DNA of 64,000 bases, from the NCBI GenBank assembly GCA_977018835.1, contig OZ361259.1, positions 2,666,001 to 2,730,000 of the forward strand, written 5' to 3'. Made by a program: the position numbers and the translations under genes. Under the pieces are notes generated by a model. It was not told where the DNA came from. It saw only the letters and a list, made by a program, of their open reading frames with translations, and ran no database searches. The stretch is from Minutocellus sp. GHC0000111. Lineage: Eukaryota. Of the stretch, positions 23,051 to 34,954 are shown piece after piece (position 1 is the first letter of the stretch; each line of letters opens with the position of its first letter).

Positions 23051-24258
23051 ATGCTGAACCAGCCGTGCATGCGGGCGAGGGCACTGGCCGTGGCCGTGTG
23101 CCTCTCGTTCCTGCAGCTACTGCCCGCCGTGGATGGCTACAGCCCACAGGCCCGTCGATTGAGGTCACGGTCGTGCCAAAAGCAACTTGCTCAGACCTGC
23201 AGAACAAGACGGAGGGTCATTCTTCAAATGGACGTGGAGCATGGACTCCATGAGCGACGGTTATTGCAGCGCGTTGGGTTTGATCATCGTATCAACACGT
23301 CTCGACGACGGGATGCCGTGACCAGTATGCCTTGGAAAGAATCGATAACGCCTCACCAGTACACACAACCGATCAGACGACAACGGAAACGACGGAGAAA
23401 TACAAATGCCAGTGATGAAAACGAGGCCTCCTCGACGTGTCTTTTGTACATGCCCTTTTGGAATCGGCAACTACAATTCGTGGAGGATAATTTGACCAAT
23501 CTACGACGGGTTCCCGTGGAGGAGGAGTTGTCCTATCGGGAGAATGGGGATGGCACAGCCCGCATCGTCAATTTCTGCTACGCCTCGGACGAATATCGCA
23601 AGATTCGCATGACCTACTACGATGCCGGAGACAAGACCCAGGTGTTCAATTCATTGTGGTACCCTGACCCGAAATATGATGCACCGGTCGTTGGGATTGA
23701 TCTGTTGGCGTTTAATCGCCGGTCTAGTGGCAGTGGCATAGATGGTGGAATTCAAGGCAAATATCTATCAGTAATCGATTATCAACCAATCCATGATGAG
23801 AGCAACAGCGGTACTAGTATGACGAAATTCTCGACTGCTCTTGGAAATATCAGGAACGATTACCCATCTTTACAAGGCAAATGTCTGCAAGGTTTTATGA
23901 CGAGAAACGGCATTTTTCGAACGGGATGCTCTTTGGGAGATGCGATACAGAAGACTTTGTCGAAGAAGAGTTGTTCCCAGCATTTGAGAGGTCCATGCAA
24001 TCACATCTGGATCTGTTACGATCAATGCCGTCAGATGATGACAACGCAAAATCCGTTCTGAATGGGCAGGCAGCTTACGACTCTTACAGCTCGGTGAGGG
24101 ATCCAGCTATGGCTTTGTTCACGAAAATGTTTGGGGAAGCGTGGGCCCAGCGATATGTTTTCGATTTTCTGTTTGATTTGGCTGATGGGAGTTCTGTGAA
24201 ACAAGAGGTAGATCTGATTGCAAGGACACGCAGCAACAAGAATCGTTCTGAGAGCTAA
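23051..24258 (+). CDS. pebA: Ferredoxin-dependent bilin reductase, 15,16-dihydrobiliverdin:ferredoxin oxidoreductase (PebA)-like, with a bipartite presequence; frameshifted at about 23880
   Basis: YRKIRMTYYDAG..QVFNSLWYP...PVVGIDLLAF, DYQP, GK/MSARFYD..HFS, QAAYDSYSSVRDPA..LF..FGEAWA..YV.DFLF. One A is missing from the AAA run at 23879-23881. Confidence 0.85.
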
Positions 24259-24390
24259 CCGATGGTGGCGGCGAAGAATAGCAAGGGGGGCTAGAATAGA
24301 CTTCAATATCCTGTACATATCATCAAAGATAGAGAAACTAGATTAATCAGGCAGGGCGTTATTGCGAGTAGGAAAACATAACATCGCTTT

Positions 24391-27300
24391 TTACGCTCCA
24401 TTCAATCTCGATTGCACATTAGAGCGAGCACTGGCCCGCTGCTTCATCCGTGCCATGTGCTTCTGCAGAGCAGCCTCGGACCGCTGCTGTGCCGTTGTGC
24501 CCGCAGTTGCGGAGCTAGCTCTGGTAACAGGACGAGATGCACTGCCGTTGGCAGTGCCATTGGACGTTGAACTTACGCCTGGTCGAGCTCCTCCGCTCTC
24601 ATATCGTTGCTTCATCTTGCTGAGAAGATAGGTCTCTCGGCCCTTGAATTTCTCCATCAGTGTATCTACCTTGCCAACCTTGTTGGGATCACGCTTCTCA
24701 AGTAGCTCTTCAACCTCGGAACGAATCTTGGCAATCTCATCGTCACTCTTCGGTGTTCCGCGCGGCTTGGTGCTGCGGGCAACGCGTTCACGTGGTGCGG
24801 ATGAGGACGAAGTTGCTCCAGAGGATGGGGTCGTTCGAGGATTAACAATCTGCGCCGTGCGGGCACGATGATTGGCAGCCGAAGCCTTCTCCTTGGCCGT
24901 TCGTAGCTGCTTCTGTAGATCAGAGATCTTGTCGTCCTTTTCAGTAACCTGGGAGGATAGCTTGTCAACTTGCCTTGCCATCCGTGCAGTGTCTTGTCTC
25001 ACCTTCTGCATCTCTTGCTGCAGATTCTCTAATTCGCCGGTCTTGCCCTCGCGAAGAGCCTTTTCCTTCTTCAGACGCTCGGTCACTTCGGCGTGGCTCT
25101 TCTTCAGTATCGCCATCGTTCTGGTGTCATCGTGGGATCGGGCCCTCGATTCGGCAGCACTCTTTAGGCGATCTTGCACTCGTTTGTTCTCTCTCTTGAG
25201 AGATGACATTTGCTGCTCCGATCGGGCCTTGGCCTGGGCTAGAAGCTTCAGCTCTGAACTCAGCTTGTTCACCGTCTCCTCGAGATTCTTTGAGGTGACA
25301 TTCTTCTTCGCAGTTCCAATATTGATTCGTCTCACACGGGTGGCAAATTGAAGCGCATATGTCGTCTCGTCGTAGGAATCGCTGCAGGGATTGACGTTGA
25401 CGACCATCATCGTTCTCGAATTTCCTCCAAGCGAGTCCTGCAAGAGGTACGTGAGTTTGGAATCTCTGTAGGGCACATGCTTGGCCTTTCTATCCAAGGC
25501 TTCCATGACGTTGCCAAGCGCAGCAAGACTCTTGTTGATATGGCCGGCTTCCTTCAATTGTTCACCGACAACCTCACTCTTTCGCACGCGCTCACTTCCT
25601 GCCAGATCGATGAGATAGAGATTGCCGGTTTGCATGGGCTGATCCTTCATACCGCACGTTACCTTCACATTCAGAATCATGTGAGACCGAGAACTGTGTT
25701 CGTTCATGTTCGTGCTTGCTGTGGCACGATTATCATTGCCGCGAGTAAGGACTGCCATGACATCTTCCAGGCAGGAGACATTCTCCTTGACCAGTCCTGG
25801 GACCTCGATCAATCCATCCTTTCCGCACCGAACGTCCAAATGCGACTTTCTTTCACTTGCGGCCACCGGAGGTGCCAAAAGATCATAAACCTCATCGTTG
25901 TAGATCTCAAGCATACCAACCTCGATATTGAAGACGAAAGGACTGTCATCCGCATTGCCATTTTCGGCTGGATCGCGATTCTCATCGGCTGCCGCCTGCT
26001 GGGATCGCATATGAAGCAGATTGAAGATCTTTTTGATGGTTCGGTGGGACACGCCGTGCTGATTGCCCTCCTTTATGCCATCCATTGTATACGTCTTACC
26101 AGATCCAGTTTGTCCGTAGGCAAAGATGCAGCTATTGAAACCGTCGACCACACTGAGGGCAAGTGGCTCAACGTCCTGGAACACTCCACGTTGCGAACTT
26201 TCGGGGCCCCACACCTTATCAAAGTCGTACGACTTCCCAAGACTTGGTTCGGGAATCGAAGCAACCAACTTCCGTCTCGCTGAGAGCCTCGACAGAGTTC
26301 TTTAGCCCTGATTGACGCTCCGATACCTTCATCGGTCGGACACGGCAGCAAACTTGGATATTTCCCTGAAGACCGAGAATCTTTTGGAGCAAGTCGGCGT
26401 TGTGCTCCTTTAGGGCAGAGGTCGTCTTGGAAATGGAGCGCAGCTCATCTGCCATTCGTTTAGGGTCACGACTTTCAATAATCTCCTCAACGTTGCTTTC
26501 TCCGCCTTCCACCTCTTCGTCCTCGTCTCTTAGGTGATGAGCCTGGGCAAGCACAATTGTCTTCTGACCGCCCTGAATAATCGGCGAGTCGCCGCCCACT
26601 CCTTGCGGCTGGCTCTGCAGCGACTTGACTTCTGCTTCAAGACTCTTGACCTTCACCTCGCCCATCTTCTTCTGATCGCCAAGGACAGTAACCTTCTTCG
26701 AAAGTGCAGCAATCTTTGTCCTCTTCCTATCGATATCCGATTCAAGCCGCACGACGGTAGTGGGAGAGCTGGATCGGGCTCGTGTTCTCGAGCTGTGTGG
26801 TGTCCTCTTTCTAGACCGAGCATGCGAGCGGTAAAAGACAGATCCGGAGACGTTATCGTCACCAGAGTCCTCGTCTTCATCGTCGTTTTCAGCGGAGAAC
26901 TTCGCCAGAGGATCCGAGGCTCCAAATGGAATGGGCGCAGGTCGGAATTTGGGTGCCTGAGCCTTCTTCTTCGCCGCGGTGGGTGAGGGCGATTTCATGA
27001 CCTTCCTGCTTGCCTCCAGCTGTGCCAGCTTCTCTCGGGTATCGGATAGCTGCGATTTGGCCACTCCCAGTTCCTCCTCAGCCTTCTTCAACTCCTTCGT
27101 CGTCTTTTCGATCTGCCGCTCCATATCAGCGCGGAGCATTCCAGCCTCATTCTCTCGGAGTTTCAGGTCCGACATGGCCTTGTCCAGCTCGGCCTGCAAC
27201 TCCGCCTCCCGGGCTCCATCAGATTTGCCCTGCCCTTCTTCCATCGCCGATGCAGCGGCCGTGGCAGCAGCGGCAGCCTTGGCAAGCGCAGCGGATTGAG

Positions 27301-29059
27301 ACTCCTTCAACTCATCAACCATCTTCTTTAGTCGATCATTGGCCTGGGTCAATCCCTCCAGCTGTAATGTTCGGAATAAGAGAAAATATATGTTCGTGAG
27401 CATATTATGCAAAGATTGGCCGTCGGTGCGTACGCCGTGTATATGAGCCTGCATCTACTCACCTCCTCCTTGAGTTCCTCTACCTCCCGGGCATGAGTAT
27501 CCATCAATTCCTTCCGAAGAGCCTCTTCCTTTGGTCCAGCAGATTCTTCGGCCAATTTTTCGGCTTCATCAAATGCGGCCTTGAGATCATCCATCTCCTC
27601 CAATACCTTGTCACGATCAGCCTTGGCATTCTCCAGTGCCTTGGTTAGGTTCTCAATTTCCTCCCGCAGACCCTCACTTTCTTCGTTGGCCTCCTGGACG
27701 GCAGCCTTGAGCGAATCGGTCTCGCTTTGTGTCGACTGAGCCTCCGAACGGGCAGCGTCGACCTCAGCCTCGAGCTTCTCCAGCTCCACCTTGTGATCGG
27801 CCTTGATCGCCGTCATCGAATCGATTGCAGCCTTGAGATCTTCTTCGGCCGCTTTCATCTCCTCCTGCACAAGGGCGAGTTCCTCGGTCGTCAATTCAAG
27901 CTCCTCCCTCTGCCGTTCTTCGGTGCTCTTGAGCTCCTGAATTTCGGTCTTGAGCGCTTCCCCACCTTCTCCAGCTTCGGCATCCCGATCAGCTGCCTCG
28001 GTCGCCTTGGCTTCCGCCTCGACCAACCGCTCTTCGGTATCGGCCAGCAGTGCGGCAGCATCTTCACTGGCCCTCTCGGTATCAGCCAGTTTGCCCTCCA
28101 ATTCCGACGCGCGCGTCTCGGCCTCGATGAGTTGCTCCGTGACATTTTCCAGCTCATCCTCCAGCTGCTGGATGTAGTCGTCACTCTCGGCGCCAGCAAG
28201 GTCACTGGCATCGGTCCCGCCCGACATGGAGGTAGGGCTGAGAGCATCGGGCCCAACACCGGTAATGTCGGATGCCACGAGGCCCAGGCTGGGAATCTCC
28301 TCGGTCTCCTCCGGAAGCGGTGGCGGCGGAGGCGGCGATTCGCCGCTCCGGGCCTCCTCGAGTTCGGCCTCGTACCGTTCCCGCTCCACCTCCAATTCCA
28401 GCCGGACCTCCTCCAGCTCCTCCTCCCGGAATGCCAGCTGCTCGGTGGCATCGTCATTCTCCTCCCGCAGCTTGGTCACGGTGCCCTCCAACTCGCGGGC
28501 CTTGGCCTCGGCCTCGTCCTGGGCGAGCTCGGCCGATCGGCGCATTTCCCGTTCCTTGGACAGCTCAGCCTTGGCATCCGACAGGGCCTTCTCGAGGGAG
28601 GACAATTGAGGCGTCATCTCCTCGATTTGGGCCGCCAATGTGGCGTTGGCCGCCGATGATTCGGCCAGCTTGTCCTCTGTGTTCGTGTTGATATGATGCA
28701 ATTATGAGTAAAAAAATGACAAGAATGAGGGACCATGAGATTTATCGCATTTGATGTGTTGGAGCGAGATACCCGTACCGGCAGCGCCAGGCACCTCAAT
28801 AAAAAATGTCTGCCTGTGAAATATCAAGGCAGTGCGAGGCATTGGCCGGATAGGTCGAGCCAAGTACAATTCCATGACTCAATGATGAGACGGCATTGGG
28901 ATACGACAAATGCATGCAACGGCTGCAATTGTACTCACGCATCTTGGCGAGCTCGGCATCGAGCTCATCTTCCAATTCGCGGCTGCTGGCGATGTACTCA
29001 TCGAAGGCCGTCTGGAGGGCCGCCAGCTCGGCTTCCCGGTCGGGATCATGCGGCGGCAT
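24391..29059 (-). CDS. Kinesin-14-like motor with a very long N-terminal coiled coil; introns 28677..28938 and 27362..27462; frameshift at about 26237
   Basis: Neck LQGNIQVCCRVRP, FAYGQTGSGKT, NEHSSRSH, DLAGSE, HINKSL, HVPYRDSKLT. Both GT-AG introns splice in frame. One extra G (TGGGAAG instead of TGGAAG). Confidence 0.88.
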
Positions 29060-29472
29060 GGCTGGGTCACACTATGAGCGTTTGTATCGTGGTTTTGGCT
29101 GTTTGGGCACGTGGAGAATGGCGGGGCGAGCAAAAGAGGCTGGATTACTCGGGCCGCCGAAGCTGGTAACGGCCGCCACACCTATCGCTCTGCGTAGCCG
29201 GTGATTGGTCCGCCGCGCAATGTGGCAAGTAGTTTGCTACCGGTTATAACGATCGATACCTTTCGCCGCTCCTACGTTTTGACTGAGAGAATGAGAGTTT
29301 GCATACTTTTGCATTTCGAGTTTGCAGTGAGATTTCGGTCCGTCCGTCGTCTAAACAAGGAATCTCCGGGTTCTATGCGAGACCTTTATTTATGTGGCAT
29401 GCACACAGTTCAGATCTACCGGTACCTAAAGGCTCAACACTACACGTATGGCACCGTGCAATATACAACAGA

Positions 29473-29526
29473 TTCTACTAGATAGAAATCTCCAGCATTT
29501 CTACTAGATCTAGAAATCTCCAGCAT
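29473..29526. repeat. Two-copy tandem repeat, TTCTACTAGAT(CT)AGAAATCTCCAGCAT
   Basis: Copies at 29473-29498 and 29499-29526, differing by a 2-nt insertion. Confidence 0.85.
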
Positions 29527-29547
29527 TCCTCTCCATTTTAAAAAATA

Positions 29548-32283
29548 TCACTGACCCCTTCCCATGGCTTTTCTCACTTCTTTCAATATCTTTTTGTAAT
29601 TCGGATCTTCAAGACCGAACCCAACGAACATAATATGACTCGTCAGCAAGTTTGCCTGAACAAGACCACCAAGGGCTTTTTTACGACCGTTCTCGTAGCT
29701 CCTGTAATCGTCTGAAGTTACAACGATTGACTCTGGCACGGTCACACAACCATGCATCTTCAAAAGCCACCTTTCGGCACCCCTCACGGGACGGTAGGGA
29801 ATGACCGATAGCGACTCGGCAGCTGCTGCCTCATCCCCAACTTCAGCAACACCCTTCTTTTCAGCAACATTTCGGCAAGCAAAGGACTTTTCGATTTGAC
29901 CATCATAGTTTTGCGTAACAATGGATTTCGACGGTAGTGAACCCAGTAGATACATAAGCAGAGAAGGGTACCCTGATCTCTCGATGAGAAATTTGGCGAT
30001 GCGCTCCTTGATGTCGGCTTTGACCCCATCTCGATCTTCACGACTTTTGCACAATACATCGAGCCAGTCAGCGACCAACAACGGATCTACCGATTTGCCC
30101 AGCATTCTCTGTTCTGGGAGACCAGAAGGAGTAAACTGATCCTCAATGGCCAGAAGTAATTGTCGCCAAGAAGGAAGCCCTGCTCCCATTGGGACGCCAG
30201 CACCAATGAAAAGTGATAATCTGCCCTTTGTGCTCAACTTTGCCAGTTCCAATGCTTGGGATTTCATTTCGCTTGTAAATAAGCGAAAGGAAGAGAGAGG
30301 CTCAGCTCTATCAAACTGATCTGGCTCAAAACTCTTGGTCGAAAGTTTATCAAACATGCTCCTGCGGACATTCTGAGCGTGAGAAAAGGTCGCCAGGTCC
30401 GCACAGACTATAACGCAATCTACGTCTTCTTCAGCAGAGACCAACTCTGACAGACACAGCATCATCGATTCGACTACTTGTCCTGTAATATCTCCGGCCT
30501 GACCAAATCCCGTTCCAACAACAGGAAGCGCCAGAAGATAACGCTCTCTATTTGCCCTTGGTCGAGGCTGCTCTCTGCGGAGCTCTTCCAGGCTAACCTG
30601 CACAAATTGCCGAACAGTTTCGAGCAAAGACTGAATGTGATCTTGCTCAGACGGCACGGCCTGCTTCGATCCATTCATAGACGATCGCTCGATCCCAACT
30701 TCTCCAGCGATGATAAAGGGTGCTCGAAATAAGCCTCCAAGGGCGGCCTCAAACTCATCTTTCCGCCAAAACTCTGACCACGGCCAATGCTTCGGCGAAC
30801 AAACGCGGTCGTAAACTTCATAGTGCTTCATCGGAATGGAAGAAAACAAGCCCCTGTTTCTCCCACTTCCGTTCAGCGAACCTCGATCGATATCACTATC
30901 ACTCCCAGCACTATTACTGCGAGATCTCGATCGCCGACGTCGACCACTTGATTTGCCCTGGCCACACCGCACGCTGTCATTGGTCCCTATGAGCTGTTTC
31001 ATCAGCTCAGCATTGCTATCGCGCAATGCCTCGTACCATCGACGCCATATAGTTCCGGCAACTGTACAAACGCCGTCCTTCTTCTTGGTAATACTGGCTG
31101 GACAGAGAAATGCATCGCATGATATGTCACATACACTGCCATTGGCCACAAAAACGTGACCCGGCGGGCGTTGCAATCGACGAAACACTTCGATTTCATG
31201 TGCAAATGGCACTGAGACATCGGTGCCTCCATCAGAATCGCACGCGAGCATACCAACCAAATCGTTTGTTGATAGTGCTGAGTCTTTGAGCAACCCTAAC
31301 CCGTTGATGGCATCAATAGCTGCATCGTTGGTGCTCTCAAGAAGAGCGAATCGTTGAAACAAATCATCATCCGATCGAATATCACAAATTAGCTGGCGCA
31401 GAGCTTCAACTTTTGGGTCAACGGGCAACCTCTGTTTGGCCTTCTCGTCATTGCATTCATCACGTGAGGGAGCGTCATTCGCTGCAGTCTCCCCTCTGTC
31501 TTTTTCATTCTCGGTTGATTCAAAAGAAGTGCTGGACATGGATCCGATCAGCCTCTCCTGGCCTCGTGATGATTCTCTCCGTCTGAGCCCTCTCATTTTG
31601 CGCACACGTCGCTCTGCTCGCTCATCCAGCGTGCCCAATCCCATCTCCCGCCGAAGCATATGCTCTAATCTTCGATAGGCAGAAGTCTCTCTGGCCGATT
31701 TGCTCAGACGCACAGTGTTTCTGCCAGTATTGTCGCCCTCATCTCCTCCTCTTTCATCGTCAATGTCATCCTGCTCATCCGAGCGAATGAGGTCCAAAAC
31801 TGCCCGTTTGAACTCGCGCTCCCCATCACTCAGGAACGAGTCGAATCTGGAATCCAACACATGCCGACTGGCGGCATCGTATGACGACGCGTGAAGGGCG
31901 CACAGGTCGATGAATATCTCCTGGAAGCGTGCTGCGCTCGGCAGATGAGGCGCTGTCGATATCGGAGCCAGATCATCGGCATCGGCAGCATTTGCTCGAG
32001 TCTTCTGTGGCGGATGGGCACATATAAAGTTCACAGAAAGCTCCGGGTTGTCGGTGCACTCGCACTGAGACGAAGAGGGCACCGTCCAGTGGTCTAACGA
32101 CAGCGCGGTGGCCATTCCATCTTGTAACCGTCGCCTCGGTGTTGGTGCATTATTGTGTCTCAGAGACTTTGGCGGCAACGCGGGCGACGTCTGTGTGCCA
32201 GCGCTAGCGCTGCTGCTACCACTTTTGGCAGGGAGGCGACGCTCCACACTTTTGGAAGGAGAACCTGGCACAGTCGGCAGCAT
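29548..32283 (-). CDS. Macro-like domain + SIR2 (SIR2_2-type) fusion protein, intronless
   Basis: Macro-like: GHVFVANGSVCDISCDAFLCP and LLALPVVGTGFGQAG. SIR2: LFIGAGVPMGAGLPSW, IVTQNYD, LLKMHG, IVVTSDDY, FVGFGLEDPN. Confidence 0.8.
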   Translation of the reverse strand: MLPTVPGSPSKSVERRLPAKSGSSSASAGTQTSPALPPKSLRHNNAPTPRRRLQDGMATALSLDHWTVPSSSQCECTDNPELSVNFICAHPPQKTRANAADADDLAPISTAPHLPSAARFQEIFIDLCALHASSYDAASRHVLDSRFDSFLSDGEREFKRAVLDLIRSDEQDDIDDERGGDEGDNTGRNTVRLSKSARETSAYRRLEHMLRREMGLGTLDERAERRVRKMRGLRRRESSRGQERLIGSMSSTSFESTENEKDRGETAANDAPSRDECNDEKAKQRLPVDPKVEALRQLICDIRSDDDLFQRFALLESTNDAAIDAINGLGLLKDSALSTNDLVGMLACDSDGGTDVSVPFAHEIEVFRRLQRPPGHVFVANGSVCDISCDAFLCPASITKKKDGVCTVAGTIWRRWYEALRDSNAELMKQLIGTNDSVRCGQGKSSGRRRRSRSRSNSAGSDSDIDRGSLNGSGRNRGLFSSIPMKHYEVYDRVCSPKHWPWSEFWRKDEFEAALGGLFRAPFIIAGEVGIERSSMNGSKQAVPSEQDHIQSLLETVRQFVQVSLEELRREQPRPRANRERYLLALPVVGTGFGQAGDITGQVVESMMLCLSELVSAEEDVDCVIVCADLATFSHAQNVRRSMFDKLSTKSFEPDQFDRAEPLSSFRLFTSEMKSQALELAKLSTKGRLSLFIGAGVPMGAGLPSWRQLLLAIEDQFTPSGLPEQRMLGKSVDPLLVADWLDVLCKSREDRDGVKADIKERIAKFLIERSGYPSLLMYLLGSLPSKSIVTQNYDGQIEKSFACRNVAEKKGVAEVGDEAAAAESLSVIPYRPVRGAERWLLKMHGCVTVPESIVVTSDDYRSYENGRKKALGGLVQANLLTSHIMFVGFGLEDPNYKKILKEVRKAMGRGQ

Positions 32284-32589
32284 CGTTCGGCCGAACGGGT
32301 CGCTTGGACTGCTGCTACTCTGCCTATGCTTCTCTAGCTAGCTAGCTAGCTACGTAGTAGGACTACCATGCCGCCGTGCCCGCCATCATCTTCCATCTAT
32401 CTGCTCACGCACGCTTGCTTTCGCCCATCCATTCGCCCGGCCTCACAAATAAGGTCATTGGTAAAGACGTCAAAATAAAAAAGGGGGGAGGGGGGCGGGG
32501 CAGAGCTCGGCAGCAGCATGGATGGTGTTAATTTACAAGCACTGTGCATATAGATACATGTATATTATATAATAAAGCTTAGTCAGCCA

Positions 32590-34954
32590 TCAGGATGAAG
32601 CCTCGCAAACTTTGTCCTTCATGTTGCATTTGTCGCTGCAACAGTCGCCGTTACCAGTGCAGGACTCTTCCGAAATCGCGCATGAAACACCGACAAAGTA
32701 GATGACATCGTTTTCCTTATAGACAAGGCTCAATGTTTGCCCGATGTCAATTTGAGGGGCGTCAATGCCAGAAGTAGAAGGAGGACCATTGGACCTTTGA
32801 AATCTTCTATCCTTGGCCAGCAGTGATCGTCCAAAGGCCTTGGCCTTGGCTTTCCCTACTGCAGATAGTTCTGGGCGATTCGAATTGTCGTTTTTGGCAT
32901 GTTCCGGCTGAAGGTGCCGATTGTTCTTGTCAGATGGTGTATAACCCCCACGAAGAGTGCTGGTTCTACGGCGGCAGGTGGGATGGTTGTTGTAAGTGTC
33001 GGCCTTGGAGTAATCGACTTGATAACCAGTATCGCTTATTGAAGCAACGGTAACAGTAGACAATGGCATGAAGATATTGCTACCCTCCACATATCCCGTC
33101 ATGAGCTCATGGTCCATAGCTTTGAGGGTCGTCGAACCATCCTCTTCCCAATGTTTCCCGAGAGTTCCAGCTGCCCCGTTGTCCTCGACGGGTGGGCACG
33201 AAGAACAACCCGTGAGTGCTTGCCATTCGCGACATGCATTGGCTCCTGTGAACTCGCTCTTTGTTGCATCGATGAGGCCCATCCTCTCCCAGAGCGACCC
33301 GACACCGATGACATGCCCCAGCTCGTGGAGGATTACACCTTCCCATTGTCCAGATGCCTGCAGGGCATCGACGTGCTCGGTGTCAAATTGCATGTAATCT
33401 GTTACGGGTAGGCCTGGAGTAGTGGATGTAGAAGGCCGGACATAACGCATCGTGGCAAAACCGAGAACACTCGCTTCGGCGATTGGCTTGTTCTTTGCAC
33501 AAACAAATAGATCATCGATGAGTTCAGGTGGGTTTGGGCAAACAAAGTCTGGGTTCGGATCGACAACGTTTTTGGATTCATATGCCGAGAGATCTCCCGT
33601 GACGACTTGCTCCCATCGCGCCCTCGCTTTCCCCAACGCCTTGGTCCAGCCTGGATCCGACCCAGATGGTACCTCTGCATCAATACAGGGAGTAAATCGC
33701 GATGAGTCGGTCTCTGGGCATAGAGGCAGCGTCTCTGTGTGCGAAGGAGAGCGAGGCAGTATTGTAACAATGAAGGGAGTGGTAGAAAAAAGGAAGAGGA
33801 GCGGGCTTCTCGAGTGTTAGCATATATTATACATGTATGCATGTGTACGCCAGAATAAAGTTTAAGATTCGGGTACAAGTGTGCCAATCTTTCGTGACAC
33901 ATGTAAATTACTTACCCTCGGACACATCATAGCCCAACAGCAGTCCGTCAGGATTGTAGGTGCCATAATAAGAGTCGACATTTCCTACTTCAGTCGGCGT
34001 TGCTAGACTGTTGCTGATAGACAACGAGTCGTCGCTGACAAGTTCAGTAAAGGCGACATCAGGACTCGTGTTCGTTCCAGGTCCACCGTATGCATCCACG
34101 CCAGATTCGCAATACAAGTGAATGGGACGTGTTTCGCTTGGACCAATATCGAGAGGAGTCGATAGGGTGATTTCGACAACAGACCCGCCATCGATAGTGG
34201 TATCGCTCAAGGTATTATGAACCTGAAACCAACCATTCGATGACGTGTGAAAGTCTTTCGCGGAGATTCCGACGGCTGACGGCCTGGTGTGGAGTCGACA
34301 TGCCCCTGTGAGCCCACCAGTTGGACGGAATCGAATTTTGTTTATCAAAACACGCTTAAAGTAGGATACAGAGGTGGCATCGAAAAAATATCCCTTGATA
34401 CCAGTGAAGGGCTGTAGTGTCGACTCAGGAGTAGTAAGATATGGGGATGAGAGGGCAGGTAGGGCGACCGGTGATCGAGTCGGTGACGATGTTGCGATAG
34501 GTGCCTTCGTCGGCGCAATTGTGACCACGGGTGCCGTGATGGGAGCGGATGTAGCGATGGGTGCTTTGCTGGGAACTGACGTCTCCGGCGGCGACGATGA
34601 TGCTACGATGCAAGTCACTGACGCCACAGCCTTACAACTGCCCCGCTGGTTCCCTGGTCCTGTATTAGGGGGACAGTCAATATTAGTACTGCAAATGTTG
34701 CCATGATGCGCAAGTTCCGTCTTCGAGTCGCACTGCTTGGGACAGTCGGCAGAGGTTTCGCAGATCGATGAGGAGTCATTAGAGCATGTTCCCGTTGTGG
34801 TGCTGGTTGTATCTGTTGGGGATGTGTTATCTGCTGGGGGTGTGTTCGTTGTTGGTTCGGGAGCCGGTGCCTGGAGAGTCTTCTTGCCCTTGCCTTCAAT
34901 TTTCGACCAAGACCCAGCGAGGAGGAGGGCAAAGAGAAGTTGCTTTGGCTTCAT
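32590..34954 (-). CDS. Secreted leishmanolysin-like (M8) zinc metalloprotease with Cys-rich and Pro/Thr-rich modules; intron 33735..33915
   Basis: Signal MKPKQLLFALLLAG; ILHELGHVIG (HExxH), GTLGKHWEE, HELMTGY, PLSTVTVASISDTGYQVDY. A GTAAGT...CACAG intron (phase 1) joins the two ORFs. Confidence 0.85.

Noticed and set aside
22681..23070. Apparent overlap of the DUF1295 and pebA ORFs
   Set aside because: Both have better downstream ATG starts (22680 and 23051). The overlap is open-frame intergenic DNA containing a (GCT)n microsatellite.
23879..26238. Programmed ribosomal frameshifting in pebA or kinesin
   Set aside because: No X XXY YYZ slippery heptamer at either site; single-base indels in short runs explain both.
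29473..29526. CRISPR-like repeat
   Set aside because: Only two adjacent copies, no spacers, no cas genes, eukaryotic context.
29548..32283. Bacterial contamination or chimeric contig at the Macro-SIR2 gene
   Set aside because: It is flanked by intron-containing algal genes, has a eukaryote-style disordered N-terminus and insertions, and carries the same CTAG/AGCT tracts on both sides.
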